From: Octopus vulgaris
Taxonomy: Eukaryota
Length of the DNA stretch: 64,000 bases
Direction of reading: 5' to 3'
Assembly (NCBI GenBank): GCA_951406725.2
Contig: OX597824.1
Span: 51,832,001-51,896,000 of the forward strand
Part shown: piece after piece, positions 26,625-40,440 of the stretch
Layout: each line of letters opens with the position of its first letter
Position numbering within the stretch: position 1 is the stretch's first letter
Position numbers and translations under genes: made by a program
Notes under the pieces: model-generated
What the model was told of the DNA's origin: nothing
The model's input: the letters and a program-made list of their open reading frames with translations, nothing else
Databases searched by the model: none

Positions 26625-27403
26625 TACATACATACATAACACACACACACAAACATATATATGTATATACGGTGCTCCAGCAAAGTCGCAGTCAAAGTGA
26701 AACAAGTTAATGAAAAAGTAAAATACGTACATTACATACACATTTATGTTTCAATCCACGTATGCGCGCGCGTAAACAAGAACATCCGCAAATGTATGCA
26801 CACACACACAAACACATATACATACATACACTCACATGCACATATATACATATATTCATACTATACAATCAATGATGAAGTAATTTTCGTCTCATATATT
26901 TTTTCATTCATCTATTTTCTGATACTTTCCTATTTTTCTCTTTCAAAAAAGAGAAAAAAAAAATCGAACAATAGATAAAACATTTTCTTTTGTATTTTCT
27001 TTACTTTTTTCTCCGTCGTTCCTCTTTTCGATTCCGCCTTCTCTATATTCTTTCATTCCTCTTTCTTCCTTTACCGCTGAGTGTTTGGCCTTTAAGTAAC
27101 GCCCACTTTTCCATTTTCCTTCTATCCTAAACATCAAGGTTCGTTTCTCACCACCGCTTCCTTGTCACTTCTGTAAATTACTGAAAACTAATTCTCCTAT
27201 TAATCACTTCCGCATTAATGTTTTTCTATCTCTCCCTCTCCCTTCTATCCTTCTCATTCTTTCTCTTTCTCCTTTTCTTTACTCTCCTCTTTCTCAATTT
27301 CTCATCATATTAGCCGCCTTCTCAACCCATCACCTTCTCTCTCCAAAATCATTCAACATACATACATTTATCTATCCATCCATCCATTCATCTATCTATC
27401 TAC

Positions 27404-27485
<82 letters not shown>

Positions 27486-27682
27486 GTTTATCTATCTATC
27501 TACCGTCTTCTTTTTATCTCTCTTTCTCTCCCCCTCTCTTCCCATAATTCATACACATTCACACAAAAAGCCGCTTATTGAGATCAGGTTTGGACAATTC
27601 CTTTCCGATAATAAAAACTGGTTATTTTATCCGAGATTATAAGTGCTTCCATGTGTACGTGCGAGTGTGTGTGTGTGTGTGT

Positions 27683-27721
<39 letters not shown>

Positions 27722-29475
27722 TGTGTGTGTATACACACACACACATATATGTCTACATTAAATACATGTAATATATATGTAAACATACAAGCAGATAGCC
27801 TTTTACTCTCCGTTTTTTTTTTTCATTTACCCACATTTACACATGCACACCTATGTAAACATCTCTGTTTCGCTTCTCTCTAAATATCAGTCTTTACATT
27901 TACCATTGTGGGTGTATATTTAACTATCTACTCGTTTACCACTCTCTCAATTTACTTCTTTATGTCTCTTCCACCATCCCATCCTGATATGTCTTTATTT
28001 CTCGTGTTATTCTGATTTCTCTCGGTCTTTTCTTCTTTCTGTTGCACTTTCAAGTGTAGTTTGTGTAAAACTCTCACCCTGCCCTTTCCAATATTCGATC
28101 TGACATCGTAACATGTATGTTATTGTATCTTATGCAAAGAGCTGAAATCACTTCATTTCAATCATTCTGAAAATCCATGAGCAATGCTAAAATATCACTC
28201 AGTATCTCTCTATATTCCTTCTCATAAGTTTTCAAATATTTCATTATATCATTCAACTACGGTAGTGGTTGAAAATATTCTTAAGTCCACAATTTCGTCA
28301 ATCGCAGCAGCTTCCAAGCTATACCACTAATTCAGTTCTCAACTAAATTGCAAACTGTTAATTGTTTTAAAGCTACACTTTGGCATAAATAGTTTGAGAT
28401 TTGGTTCAGAAGAAAAAAAAGTTACATCAAAATATCTGTGACTTCAAGGGTGGCAGATATTCATCTTCAATTAACATAATTTTTTTAATTTTAAATTAAA
28501 AGTACACTTTTCTTAGACTTAAATGAAAGAAAATGCATGAGGAATTCAGAATCGCTAGTCGCATTGAACAAAAATGAGTAGAAAAAGAGTTATGAGGTAA
28601 AATGTTACGAAATTTAATGTAAATAAGTAATGGAGTAACGCTTAAGTAATAAGAATAAGAATAAAGAATATATTTCTAAAATGAATGCTTATGTTGTACG
28701 TCGGCGAGCTGGCAGATGTGTTGGCGAAATGCTTCGTCTGTTTTTACGTTCTGAGTTCAAATTTCACTCAGGTCGAATTTGACGTATAGATTATTTAACT
28801 AGAATGTGTCACATAGAACAGTTGACAAAATTTTGTATTTTAGAATCAGTATTTCGTTTGTATTTACATTCTGAGTACAAATTCACCCCGAGATCGACTT
28901 TGCCTTTCATCTATTTCGGATCTATTCAACTAGACGTACAGATTATTTAATTTTTTTCTAACTAAACACTTTCAAACTTCCGTTACTGATAGAATGTGTC
29001 ATTTAAAACAGGGTTTACTCTTAACGTTTTTGAAAAAATTTTGTATTTTAGAAGCTATTTCGTCAGAAGTTACAGAGTGACAATGGACAAATTTGTGTTT
29101 GATAAGTGCCAATACACGAAACCCTCAGCTTTTGACTTACTCTGTAACTTCTGTCGATGATATATATATATATATACTTGCAAAAGGATGCGTGGCGGTC
29201 AATCATATACTAATATAAATAATATATAAATATATGCATATTTATATATTAAGAAGGGGAATATTCTTTTTGTATGTCTTGTACTCTGTTTTTACGTTGT
29301 TTGAAAAAAGTTCGTTGTCATGCTTTTGCTTTTATGTTTTCGTTTCTCATTGTGTTCAACGTTTTTTTTATCTCCTGTACCCATATATGCATGAATATAT
29401 ACATATAGATGTAGGTATGTACATATATGTATGTATATATGCATATATTTATATATTTATATATTATTTATATTA

Positions 29476-29508
<33 letters not shown>

Positions 29509-29518
29509 TATAGATATA

Positions 29519-29714
29519 GGGAGAGTTCACGAAAAAAACAAAAGACGAAGACATGTGGTGTACAAAACAAACAGATGTATTAGTATAACGCTCAGGAATT
29601 GAAAAAGTCTTTTACGTTTTGAGCCTACGCTCTTCTACAGAAAGGGACACAGAAAAAACAAGGAGAGAAACACGGAGAGAAAAAAGTGTGTGTAGTGGCT
29701 ACCGATCTATCATG
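29519..29714 (-). mobile_element. Copy 3 of the CUGUAGA hammerhead unit (motif 29609-29644, G12A)
   Basis: Homology to 9730-9960. Confidence 0.7.
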
Positions 29715-30458
29715 ATATATATATATACGTATTACATATATGTGCAAAAAAATCTCATCACGCAATCAAACCATTGAAAGAGCCTCTACCTGGTCGTTCG
29801 ACACGCTAAAAGTAGCAGCCAAAGTATTCCTCTACCTAAATCACACGCCCATTGTATGTACTGTCCTAGATTATCTCTAAAAAGACGGTTTGCTGAGGCT
29901 GGAATGTCTTTGATGATCGGTTTGCAGTATCAGGGTTGATTTGAGGCCAAATAACAACAAAATTATGGTCAATTTCTATATTAACACCCGCACGATTTTC
30001 ACTAAGAAAAGAACCCCCAAATTAAATTTTTTGCATAGAATCAAGTACCCTGACATCCTAATATGCTGCAAATCCCTTATTTTGGTTCGAAAAGTGAGGT
30101 AGGGCCCCCCACCCTAACCCGGAATCATTGGAAATTTTTTCGTTGAATGAAATCCTGTGAACTCCTAATATTGCAAAATTAGGTTACTTAAGGTGAGCCT
30201 GGTAACTGATGGTTTTGGAGTCTTGTTGTTTGTAACTTTTGGTGAGCCATGGTGCAACCAACAACATGGTAAAAATCCCTGCCATTAATTTGGTGCGGAT
30301 GGATCATGCCAAATAATTCAGTCACAACATATATTTAAATTAAAGATGAAAAAAATTGAAATATCATCTTTCAGTATTTTATAAGGTAAAATCTTAATTA
30401 TTAATTGACACATTATTAATTATCTTATACCAGCAATGCCTGGAAAAATTATGGATTA

Positions 30459-30968
30459 CATGGAAAGATGCGAGCATGAAAAGTAAAATTCTTAAGATTA
30501 TAAACCTGTAAAAGTACAGGACAAGTTATTACAACTGTAAAAGTATAGGACAAGCTATTACTTCTAGTAAAGTAAAGAATAAACTTTTTACCTAAAATAT
30601 TGCAGCTAAAATTAAAATTTGAAGATTAAAACTTATTTTATTATAGTTTACAAATAACACTGTACTTGTTTAAGTAGAATTTGGCTACTTTACTACCTTA
30701 AATACAGAAAAAAGTGACTAATTAGACAAACTTACAAATTAGTTGAACAGTTTTGTACAATAAATTTAAAAGATGAAAACTGTAAAGAGTGATAAATTAG
30801 AAGAACTGGCATTCTTTGCAGCAATATTTTAAGTAAAAAGTTTCTTATTCTTTACTTTACTAGAAGTAATAGCTTGTCCTAAACTTTTACAGGTGTAATA
30901 ACTAGTCCTGTACTTTTCCAGATTTATAATCCTAAGAATATTACTTTTCATGCTTGCATTTTGCCATG
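30459..30968. mobile_element. MITE with ~150-bp diverged TIRs (CATGG...CCATG), TA flanks
   Basis: 30459-30606 is the reverse complement of 30818-30968. Confidence 0.8.
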
Positions 30969-31216
30969 TAATAAACTATTCTTTATTTCGGAGCAAATGA
31001 GGATACCTCTCTGTGGTCACTCGGCATGCTAGAAATAGTTGTGAAATATCTCTGAAACCACAGCACACTATTCTTTGAAAATATATGTTTGATATATCTA
31101 ACCAGAAATTCTCAGTCTAACCAGAAATTCACTAGTACGCAAAAACTGAAAATTTCTCAGTCTTTGAGTACTAGAGATTAAATTTAAAAAATTACTGGCG
31201 CATTGGAAATGAGAGC

Positions 31217-31277
<61 letters not shown>

Positions 31278-32937
31278 ATTGGTGCATATCACATGGAGTT
31301 AAACAAAAATTGTTTTGAATTTATAAACGAGAAAAGACAAACTATTGCCTACGAGTTTTTTTTAATACTAATCATATGTATAAATAAAATTCTAAATAAC
31401 ACGGTTTTTTAAGACAAACAAACATTAGAAGAATGGATTTTCTACACCATTAAATTATATTTTTCAAATTCCACACCACACCTATAGACTCCTAGAAACA
31501 CAACGTTTGAGAGTCATTGCTCTAGAAAATGTAATCTGAAAAGATGGATGGTCACGGTTAGAAGGCTTTTGATCATAGATCTGTTTGACCCATGTTGAGG
31601 GGGGGGCAACAAACGCAGCAACAATCAGTATTTGTTTCATGCTGTTTAAAACTGACAAACAATTAGTTGTAATAAAAATATACTTAACAAATTTGTGTTA
31701 ATTCTACTGCAGGTGGAATATCTTCAACATCTTGAGAGAGATCGAGTCGGATGTAAACTGTTTACTGTTGGATCAATCAGTTTTGTTTATAGTCATCACT
31801 GCAAGAAGCTTCCATATATTTCCCCCATTCCTCCTTATAAGATGCTTATGGCAAATGTGGCGACGCTACTAGAACAAAGTTTGATGTGAACAAGATCACA
31901 TCGCCGGACTAGGTGCAAAGATACGTCCGTCAAGATAGCATTCTGTATCGCCTACTGCGGAAGACAATGATAACGAACAAAAGAACCTAGAAGGGATAGG
32001 GTATATTTCCTTAAATAAAAAAAAAGCAAACCAAAAAAATCCTTTAAGGGTTCTTCAGCCTCTTTATATTACCCTTTCCTACGCCGTTCCATAGGTTGTA
32101 AATAATATGAAAAAAGTCTCCATATTTAGAAAGTCAAACACTAATTAGCGACTGAATCTCCTTTTTTTCTTTCTCTCTTGTGATATTTGTTTTATTTAGG
32201 GATAAAGGAAGACCATATGAGGATAGAATATAACAGCGAATCTTTTAGCATGCACTTCGTGGGGCTTGATTTATGGATATTCGTTGTTTTTAGCTTATTA
32301 TTTTATCTGTTTTCATTTTCTATTTCTTTTCTTTTCTTTTTTCCGTTCGGTTTGATAATTAATAATGTCCAGTGAATTGTGAACTCCGCTAAGGAAGCAA
32401 ACGACAAGCTTCCGTCCAGCCGGATCCACGACCTAATTCCGATTTCCGGCCGAAGAGCCACTTATGTTGCAAATGCTCTTGAGAACGGCATGAATGTCAT
32501 ACAGTCTCACTTCTCCTTCTCTTAACCTGAGCTTATGTGTCCCTTGTGAGCAAACAATTAATAACTGTACATTGACAATTGCTGCAAAATAAAGCTTGGC
32601 TTCTGACACACCGAGTTCGCGACTTGAGGGCCAATTCTCTATTGTTGAGTATATTAGTCAGTATAAGCTGCTAATCATCTTAACAAAGACTTAAACCGTT
32701 CAACCAGGCAATGTCTTCTTCCCGATATCCATTCAAATTACTTTAAGAAGCAATTTACAGCTCTATTTCAATATGTCTCACTTAATGCCCCTTCTTCCTC
32801 GCTGGTCTTCAGTTTCCAACCTTCCATCTCCGCACTTTTCCCTCTCAACATATGAATGTATATATGAATTCATATATATATTTATATACACACATGCATA
32901 TATAAATAAAAGTATATATATATATACTTTTATAAAA

Positions 32938-32975
<38 letters not shown>

Positions 32976-32979
<4 letters not shown>

Positions 32980-33317
32980 ACAATCAAGGAACGGCCATAA
33001 TAGGCCATTCACCCACTAGAAATAACAGCCAAAGCTTCAACCGCAAATAAAAATTAATTCCGTAAACCAGGAGAAAATTTAAAAAACATTTACCCTGTAA
33101 TTTTTTTAAATTTTTTAAATTTTTTAAATTTTCTCCTGGTTTACGGAATTAATTTTTATTTGCGTTGAAGCTTTGGCTGTTATTTCTAGTGGGTGAATGG
33201 CCTATTATGGCCGTTTTGATTGTTGATGTTGAACTTAAAAATGGTCTATGACTATTTAATTTTTCCCACTAGGCCGCTGGTGGCAAAGAATTCTCAAAAT
33301 TTTTTTTTGCCACCCTA
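32976..33317. mobile_element. Fold-back non-autonomous DNA element: ~110-bp near-perfect inverted arms (32976-33086 / 33120-33227); right end ...TTTGCCACCCTA resembles a Tc1/mariner terminus
   Basis: Direct inverted repeat; (TA)n on both flanks. Confidence 0.75.
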
Positions 33318-33323
33318 TATTGA

Positions 33324-33369
<46 letters not shown>

Positions 33370-33641
33370 TTTTACTTGTTTCAGTCATTTTGACCGCGGC
33401 CATGCTGGAGCACTGCCTTTAGTCGAACGAATCGACCCCAGAACTTATTCAGTACTTATTTTATCGGTCGGTTTCGCCGAACTAATAGTTTTCAGTACCG
33501 TAAACACAGCAACATATGTTGTCAAACGATGGTGGGGGGATTAGCACAGACACACATACGCACAAACGCACACACACATACACACACAACACGCACACAC
33601 AAGTATATGTATGTATATGCGTATGTATATATGTATAAAGT

Positions 33642-33714
<73 letters not shown>

Positions 33715-34716
33715 CATATACATGCAAACATATATACATTATGCATACACGCACGCACACACACGCACGCGCATATATATATATATATACATATATATAT
33801 AAAGAGAAGACAAAGAAAATTCTTTAACACGTCTTTTACATATGTTTCCGTTCCATCTCCTTTTGCAATGCCAGTTTACGCGAAAATTCTAAAAGAAAAA
33901 TTACGTAATATTTGCGGTTTTAGGCAATGGAGACTTCCATCAAAGGCGGGCTGTTGCATTGTGCGTCTACCAGACCTTGTTGTTAGGAAAGTACCAGGAG
34001 AAAATAAAAAAAGAAAAAAATTAAAAGTATGTATGCGGTATGAGTCTGCGGGAAAGAAAAACTGTGGGGGATAGAATCAGGAGGGTGGATACGTATAATG
34101 ATAGGATGATATGAAGTAGAAAGTGAAGGATGGGAAAGAAATCGAATAGAAGAAGGCGAAAGAAAAGAAGGGGGGGGGGGAGAATGAAGAAGAAGAAAAA
34201 AAGAAGATACAGTGGGCAACGCTGCATATAGTAAAACGATATATCCAGTCGTAAGCTGGCGGTATGTCAGTCAGTATACCAAAATTCGTCCGATGTATTT
34301 GATCAGACAGTGATATTAGTCAGCGACAACTTAAAGCGAAAAGATCTATTAGATAACTAGACAATTGTCCGGAGTCAAAGGATGAGGGTGTTAATGATGT
34401 ATGTTGTGGAGAAATCTAATTTATGACCTTAGTGTATGTATATATATGTATATGTATATATATGCATATATGTATATACGTATGTATGTATGTATGTATG
34501 TATGTATGTATGTATGTATGTATGTATGTACATGTGTGTGTGCTTGAGTGTGTGTGTATGTATTCATATATATACACATTAGTAGGATTCGTTCGAATTA
34601 AGGTATCTTTATAATAAAGACACTGAATTAGGTTCGAAATTAGCATATCCTTCTATGTATGTACGTACGTACGTATGTATGTATGTATGTATGTATGTAT
34701 GTATGTATGTATGTAC

Positions 34717-35280
34717 CGGTCACTTATGTCAGGTCACTTTCGAGTGCTACTGGTAACATGTAACCCAGTACAACCTGTTGCATGGTCGGGTCGTCGGCGA
34801 CTAAACCGGTAACCCCACCAAGCTTGCTTGGTGAGGAGGGTGTTTATTGGACACCCTGCGGAATGAAAAACAAAACCCGTCAAAGGGCGGAGGAACTCTT
34901 GAGAGTCAACGGCCATCCAATAAATGTATTAAGGCTGTATCATGCGCGGGGACATAGAAATAATCGGACTGAATACCCGATCGCGCGGTTAAACCATTGG
35001 GAGTGAAGGACGCCTAGCCTTTGTTAGGGCATCCTTCTAGGAGAAGGTAACTCAGGTAACTGGGATAACTCTGACATAAAACCTGCGGCTCAGTGGTTAC
35101 CGATGTTGTTGACTTGTTTTTCTTTTCGGATTATGACTGCTGTTGCTTAGTGTGTGGGATTGAGTCAGTGCACAGCCTTTCCTCACTTTAAAAAAAATCT
35201 TCTTGCACAGGCATTGCACGATAACAACATTGATTAAGCTTCGTGCAATGGTCATACTCGATAATGAGGGGCAGCCACCA
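34717..35280 (+). mobile_element. GC-richer non-coding element resembling an RTE-clade 5'UTR, inserted in (TATG)n
   Basis: GGGCATCCTTCTAGGAGAAGGTAACTC...AAAACC motif; hairpins CACCAAGCTTGCTTGGTG and AGGGTGT..ACACCCT; (TATG)n both sides. Confidence 0.5.
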
Positions 35281-35589
35281 TGTATGTATGTATGTATGTA
35301 TGTATGTATGTATGTATGTATGTATGTATGGTGTATGTATATAAAACATTTTACCAGGCTTCGATTAACCGATTATAGTGTAGCCATATTTTCAATATAC
35401 CAAAAGGAAAAGGGCCACAGCAAGATTTTTTTCACCCTGTAAAGATTTACTGTGTTGTAAGTAATATGTTATAACAATTCTTTTAAATCAATGAAGTAAA
35501 ATGTGTTGAAGATTTGCATACTTTCCTGTTGACGTAGATCAAATAATTAGTTTCTATGGTTTCTTATTCTGCTATTTAATATTTATTTC

Positions 35590-36260
35590 AAATTTTGGCA
35601 CAAGGGTAACAATTTCTTGGGAGGTGAATGGAAAGTCGACCACTTTGGAATTTGAACTCAGAGCGAAGTTAGCGGCATTTCGTCCGACGAGCTTAACGGA
35701 ATTTCGTCTGGCTTGCTAACGACTCTACTAGCTTGTCGCTTCTAATATTTAATATTGATTTAAATTTTGGCACAAGGCCAGCCATGTCGGAGAAGTGGGT
35801 AAGTCGATTACGTCGAGCTCAGTATTCAACTAGGTACATATTTTACCGACCGCGAAGGATGAAAGGCAAAGTCGACCTCAGCGGAATTTGAACTCAGAAC
35901 GTAAAGACGGACGAAATGCCGCTAAGCATTTCGCCCGGCCTGGCAACGATTCTGCTAGCTCACCACTTGATACTGCTACTTAATATTAGTGATAAGAAAG
36001 TACCAGTTGAGCACTGGGGTCGATGTAATCGATTTACAACCTTTCTCGAAGTTGCTAGCCTTCTGCCAAACTTTGAAATCAATTTGGAAAAAGCAGGCGG
36101 CGAGCTGGCAGAATCGTTAGCATCCTGGACAAAATGCTTAGCGGCATTTTGTCCATCTTCACGTTTTGAGTTCAAATTCCACCAGGGTCGACTTTGCCTT
36201 TCATCTTTTCGGGGTCACCACCCTCGAACATGCTAGCCTTGTACTAAAAGTTGAAACCAC
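35590..36260. mobile_element. Family-1 SINE cluster in both orientations
   Basis: Minus copies 35590-35745 and 35760-35968; plus copy 36096-36260. Confidence 0.85.
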
Positions 36261-36452
36261 CCGAAAGCAAGTTATATTTAATATAGTTGTGAGGATAAGA
36301 CTTGGATGATATCTAGAAAGACAAACAGAAAGCTATTGTAATACTTTATATTCAGCGCTTATTGTTTCTTAATATCTTATTAATTTGATAATGGTAAGGT
36401 CGCATGGACACCATTGTTGCGCTATGTTTAGGACATTCATGAATCATATATA

Positions 36453-37169
36453 TGAGAGGAAGTCAAAAATGATCTGCACTTTCGCCATAAGATATGTGTA
36501 TTATTGTCACACTGCCTTCTGCGTATGTGTGCTTATAGTTGGTATTATTATGGTCACGTGATCAAAGTTTGAGCCTGATCTCGCCATTTTTCTTTCTGGC
36601 CTTACAGTATAAGCATGACCGCTCCACTAGTACTGTGCACTAAAGAACAAAGAGTAGTGATCCGATTTCTCTGGTCGAAAGGTGTGTCAGGTGCTGAAAT
36701 TCATCGGAGTCTTTTAGCTCAATACGGGGACAATGCACTACTGCGTACAAGTGTGTATGAGTGGATCGAGAAGTTTAAAAGTGGCCGGACAAGCGTGACG
36801 CACGAAGAGGAAGTAGGAAGCACGTCAAACTCCACCACTGAGGTAGCTTGTTCTCTGCAGATTAGTCATTATTCTACCTATCAAATCATCCATGATGGGC
36901 TCGGCTTTCATAAAGTCTGTGCAAAATGGGTGCCAAGAGAGCTTACTGCAGACGTCTTGAAGTCTCCCAACGTTTACTCGATTGCTACAACAATGAGGGG
37001 GAGGAATTTTTAAGAGGAGATGAAACGTGAGTCCATCATTATGTGGTAGAATCAAACTTCGATCACTTGAGCACAATAGTACCAACTATAAGCACGCATA
37101 CACAGAAAGCAGTGTGACAATAATAGAGATGCGTTATGTCGAAAATGCGGATAATTTTTTTTACTTCCC

Positions 37170-37173
<4 letters not shown>
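36453..37173 (+). mobile_element. Internally deleted mariner (irritans/HSMAR2-like) with both TIRs
   Basis: EQRVVIRFLWSKGVSGAEIH...VYEWIEKFKSGRTSV, WVPREL; terminal GAGAGGAAGTCAAAAATGATCTGCAC matches the right-end reverse complement. Confidence 0.85.
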
Positions 37174-37226
<53 letters not shown>

Positions 37227-37297
37227 TACCTCATAATGATGGACCCACGTTTCATCTCTGCTTAAAAATTCCCCCCCTCATTTTGACCTAAAAAAAT

Positions 37298-37976
37298 GCG
37301 CCTCGTTCTGGCCGTCCAGTTGAGTTCTATGAAGAGCGGTTAAACCAACTTTTGCACGAAAATTCTTGTCAAACAACGAAGGAACTGGAGAAAATGGAAT
37401 GCTCCCACACTGCTATAGAGAAACATCTTCACTCGATGGGAAAGGTTCAGAAGTGACAACAACAAAAATTAAGGAACCATAATCTCCGCTGGTTTGCTTG
37501 CTCGTCACCGCTCAACTCATGGACATAAGCAACAATTTCTTTACCGAATCGTTACTGGCGACGTTACTGTACATCAATATGAAGCAGCGTAAGCAATGGC
37601 TTAGGCCCGGTAAACAAGCGACACCCTGCCTGAAACAAGATCTTCATCCGCATAAAACGATGTTGTGCTTATGGTGGGATTTGGAAGGGATTATCCATTA
37701 CGAATTTCTTGAACGGAACCAAACGGTCAACGTGAAACTCTACGTTCAACAGATGGAACGGCTCAACACGGCTATTCAAGAGAAAAGACCTAATCGGCAG
37801 AGTTCTTTTGCTGCACGGCAATACCAAAGCGGTATTGAAAATCTTGTTAAACGTTGGGAAGAAGTTGTAAACAACAAGGGTAAATACATTATTGATTAAT
37901 TAGTTGTTATTTTTTATTAAACCGTTTAAAAAATTTAAATTTAAAAAAAACGTCGGGAACTTAGTTGCCAACCCAA
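37298..37976 (+). mobile_element. Decayed mariner (mellifera/cecropia-like), 3' part with right TIR
   Basis: PRSGRP, MLCLWWDLEGIIHYE, GIENLVKRWEEVVNNKGKYIID*; end AACTTAGTTGCCAACCCAA-TA. Confidence 0.88.
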
Positions 37977-39507
37977 TATATATATATTTATAAAATGAGA
38001 TAGGGGTTGTAAATTCAACCCTCCATAGATATATACATACATATCCATTATTTATTAAAATATATATATATATGTATACATGTTTTTACTTATATTTTCA
38101 TTTTTATTTTTAATTATTTCATCTTATTTTATTTTATTACATTTTATTTTTAAGTAATAACAATTATTAACTTATAATTAATTTAATTTATAATTATTTA
38201 CTTATATACTATTTATTGGTAAGTCCTGTTAATTACTATATATGTATTTATACGTGCACTGATATTATTTAATGCTAAATCCTGTTAATTTTTATATATG
38301 TATTTATGTGTCCACTGATACTTAAAAATATATATATAAGTACTACGAATGTTTACATACACATCATATGTGAAAATATATAGTATATATATGTTTGTTG
38401 TTACACACGAGTATACATATAGATATGTAGATGTGAGTATAATTCTCTTAGTTCGTTGGTGAGAGTTTAAATAGGAATATAATAGTAATGTAATAATACT
38501 AGACTTCTTACGTAGTGGAGTTATCTGTATAAGTTATAAGGAGTTATTTTGATTATATATCTTAGAATATTAGCGTATTTTGACTTTTTACAATTAATTT
38601 CTTATAATTTAATTAACATAAACCTCTGTTAACTTAGTATATATGTATTTTTATGTCTTTTGATAGACAAACATAAACGGGTATTCTATATTTTATAATT
38701 TAGTAAATGTTTGAATGGAAACATTTTTAGTTCTAAAATATTTTGTTTACGAAAAATACGGTGTCACATGAATTATGTACCTTATGACAAATTACACTCT
38801 CCATCTAGGTATAATTATATGTATGATTGCATTTACGGATTTATGGACATATGTGAGTGGATCTGTTTGTAAACACTTAGTGTATAGATGAGATAGTACC
38901 TCTTATGTTATTTATTTATTTATTTATGATTTGGTTGTGTATGTGGGTATGTCTGTGTGTATGTGTGTGTGTGTGTGTGTGGGTGTGTGTGTGTGTGTAA
39001 ACATATGACTATGTCTGTATGTGCGCAGGTTTTGTGGATGTGCGTGCGCGTGTGTATGTTTCCTAGCTAACTAACCGTAAAATATCTATTGTAATTCAAA
39101 TTTAAAAGTATAGGCCAATCGAATGCATCTGTGAAAATTAATACCATGCAAACAGAGGAATTTAACTGATTGCATATATATGCAGATATCCACTTGCCTT
39201 GGATGGTACTATGGTGGTGGTATTAACTTTATTGGCTTTTTGTGAAGTGACACATTTTAATATATTGAACTGTTTAATATATATGCCTGCATTGAGTGTG
39301 AGTGTGTCTGTTGTGGTTTCTTGATGTTGGTTGAGGAGCTGTGGCGTTCAATATGGAACATTATTGTGTTTGTTGATGTATATTGATTTATATTGTTTAT
39401 ATTGTATTATTGTGTATATGTATATATATGTATATATATGTAAGAATGTGAGTATGTATGCACTCATATTTATATTTATATGTAAATTATTTTAGGGTTT
39501 GCATTAG

Positions 39508-39621
39508 AATCTCCGAAGAGGCCGTAAGATATTCTTGTTAGTGTCTCATTTATACCTGCATTATATGGCTAATAGGTTAAATGAGATATACCTATCTTCA
39601 TGGCCGAAACAGCTGTCAGTT
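39508..39621 (+). ncRNA. Type I hammerhead (core CCGAAGA) with an 86-nt structured stem II
   Basis: GGCCGU-AAGAUA pairs with UAUCUU-C-AUGGCC; inner GUGUCUCAUUUA/UAAAUGAGAUAU; GAAA-CAGCUG-UC; short stem I. Confidence 0.7.
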
Positions 39622-39843
39622 ATAATGTAAATGTATTTTTATATCTTGTTATATTTATTTAGTTATATCTCACCATATTGTTTGTAATTATTGTACTGTA
39701 TTAATGTCTAATCTCATTGCTATTGTGTAGTGTTTTAATAAAGTATATGATTTGGTATTATCTGATAGTTGATGATTGATTTAGATATGTTTCTCCATTT
39801 TCTCATTTTGTATATATATATATATATATATATATCTATATAC

Positions 39844-39885
<42 letters not shown>

Positions 39886-39938
39886 AAAATAAGACAAGGT
39901 AGAAAATACTAAAATAATTTTATCATGAAGAACATTTT

Positions 39939-39973
39939 AGTGCCGGTTTCAGTCTTGGCGACTTTTTCAACTT
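39939..39973 (-). ncRNA. Minimal hammerhead variant with U3-A8 core (U16.1 mutated to C in this copy)
   Basis: AG-UUGAAAA-AGUC GCCAA GACU-GAAA-CCGG-CA-CU. Confidence 0.5.
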
Positions 39974-40104
39974 AGAGTAAAGCATGAAAAATTAAATGTT
40001 TTTTAAAAATATTTCCATAGTTTTCAAATGAAAGGGACAATTTCTTTTTCCAGTCTGTCTCTGTCTCTTTTTTTTTTATTCTTTCTCTCTCTATGTATGT
40101 ATAT

Positions 40105-40155
<51 letters not shown>

Positions 40156-40269
40156 AAGAAAGAGAGAGAAAGAGAGAGAGAGATGCATGCATATAAATTT
40201 TTAAGTGTATGTATGCATATGCATTCATACACAGTAAGAAATTAAGATAAACACCACTATAAATATTTA

Positions 40270-40366
40270 GTTCCTACATATGTTTCACCATTGCAGTTAT
40301 TTGGAACTGAGCATTGGATTCCCAAGTGCAACCGAATGCCTAACCACAACGGATCATCAGGGGAAC
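40270..40366 (-). ncRNA. Type I hammerhead with canonical core CUGAUGA and long stem II
   Basis: GUUCCC-CUGAUGA-U-CCGUUGUGGUUA..UAACUGCAAUGG-U-GAAA-CAUAUG-UA-GGAAC. Confidence 0.75.
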
Positions 40367-40440
40367 ACTTTATTGTATTCTATCACAAAGATCTAATACC
40401 TAAAGTAGATATAGATCTCTGTAACAGAAGGCAATAAAAT

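Noticed and set aside
32374-32525. GC-richer ~49-codon open stretch after a polypyrimidine tract
   Set aside because: Bounded by stops, no donor, no recognisable homology
35165-35200. TCCTCAC as loop L3 of an HDV-like ribozyme
   Set aside because: No P3 or P1 pairing around it
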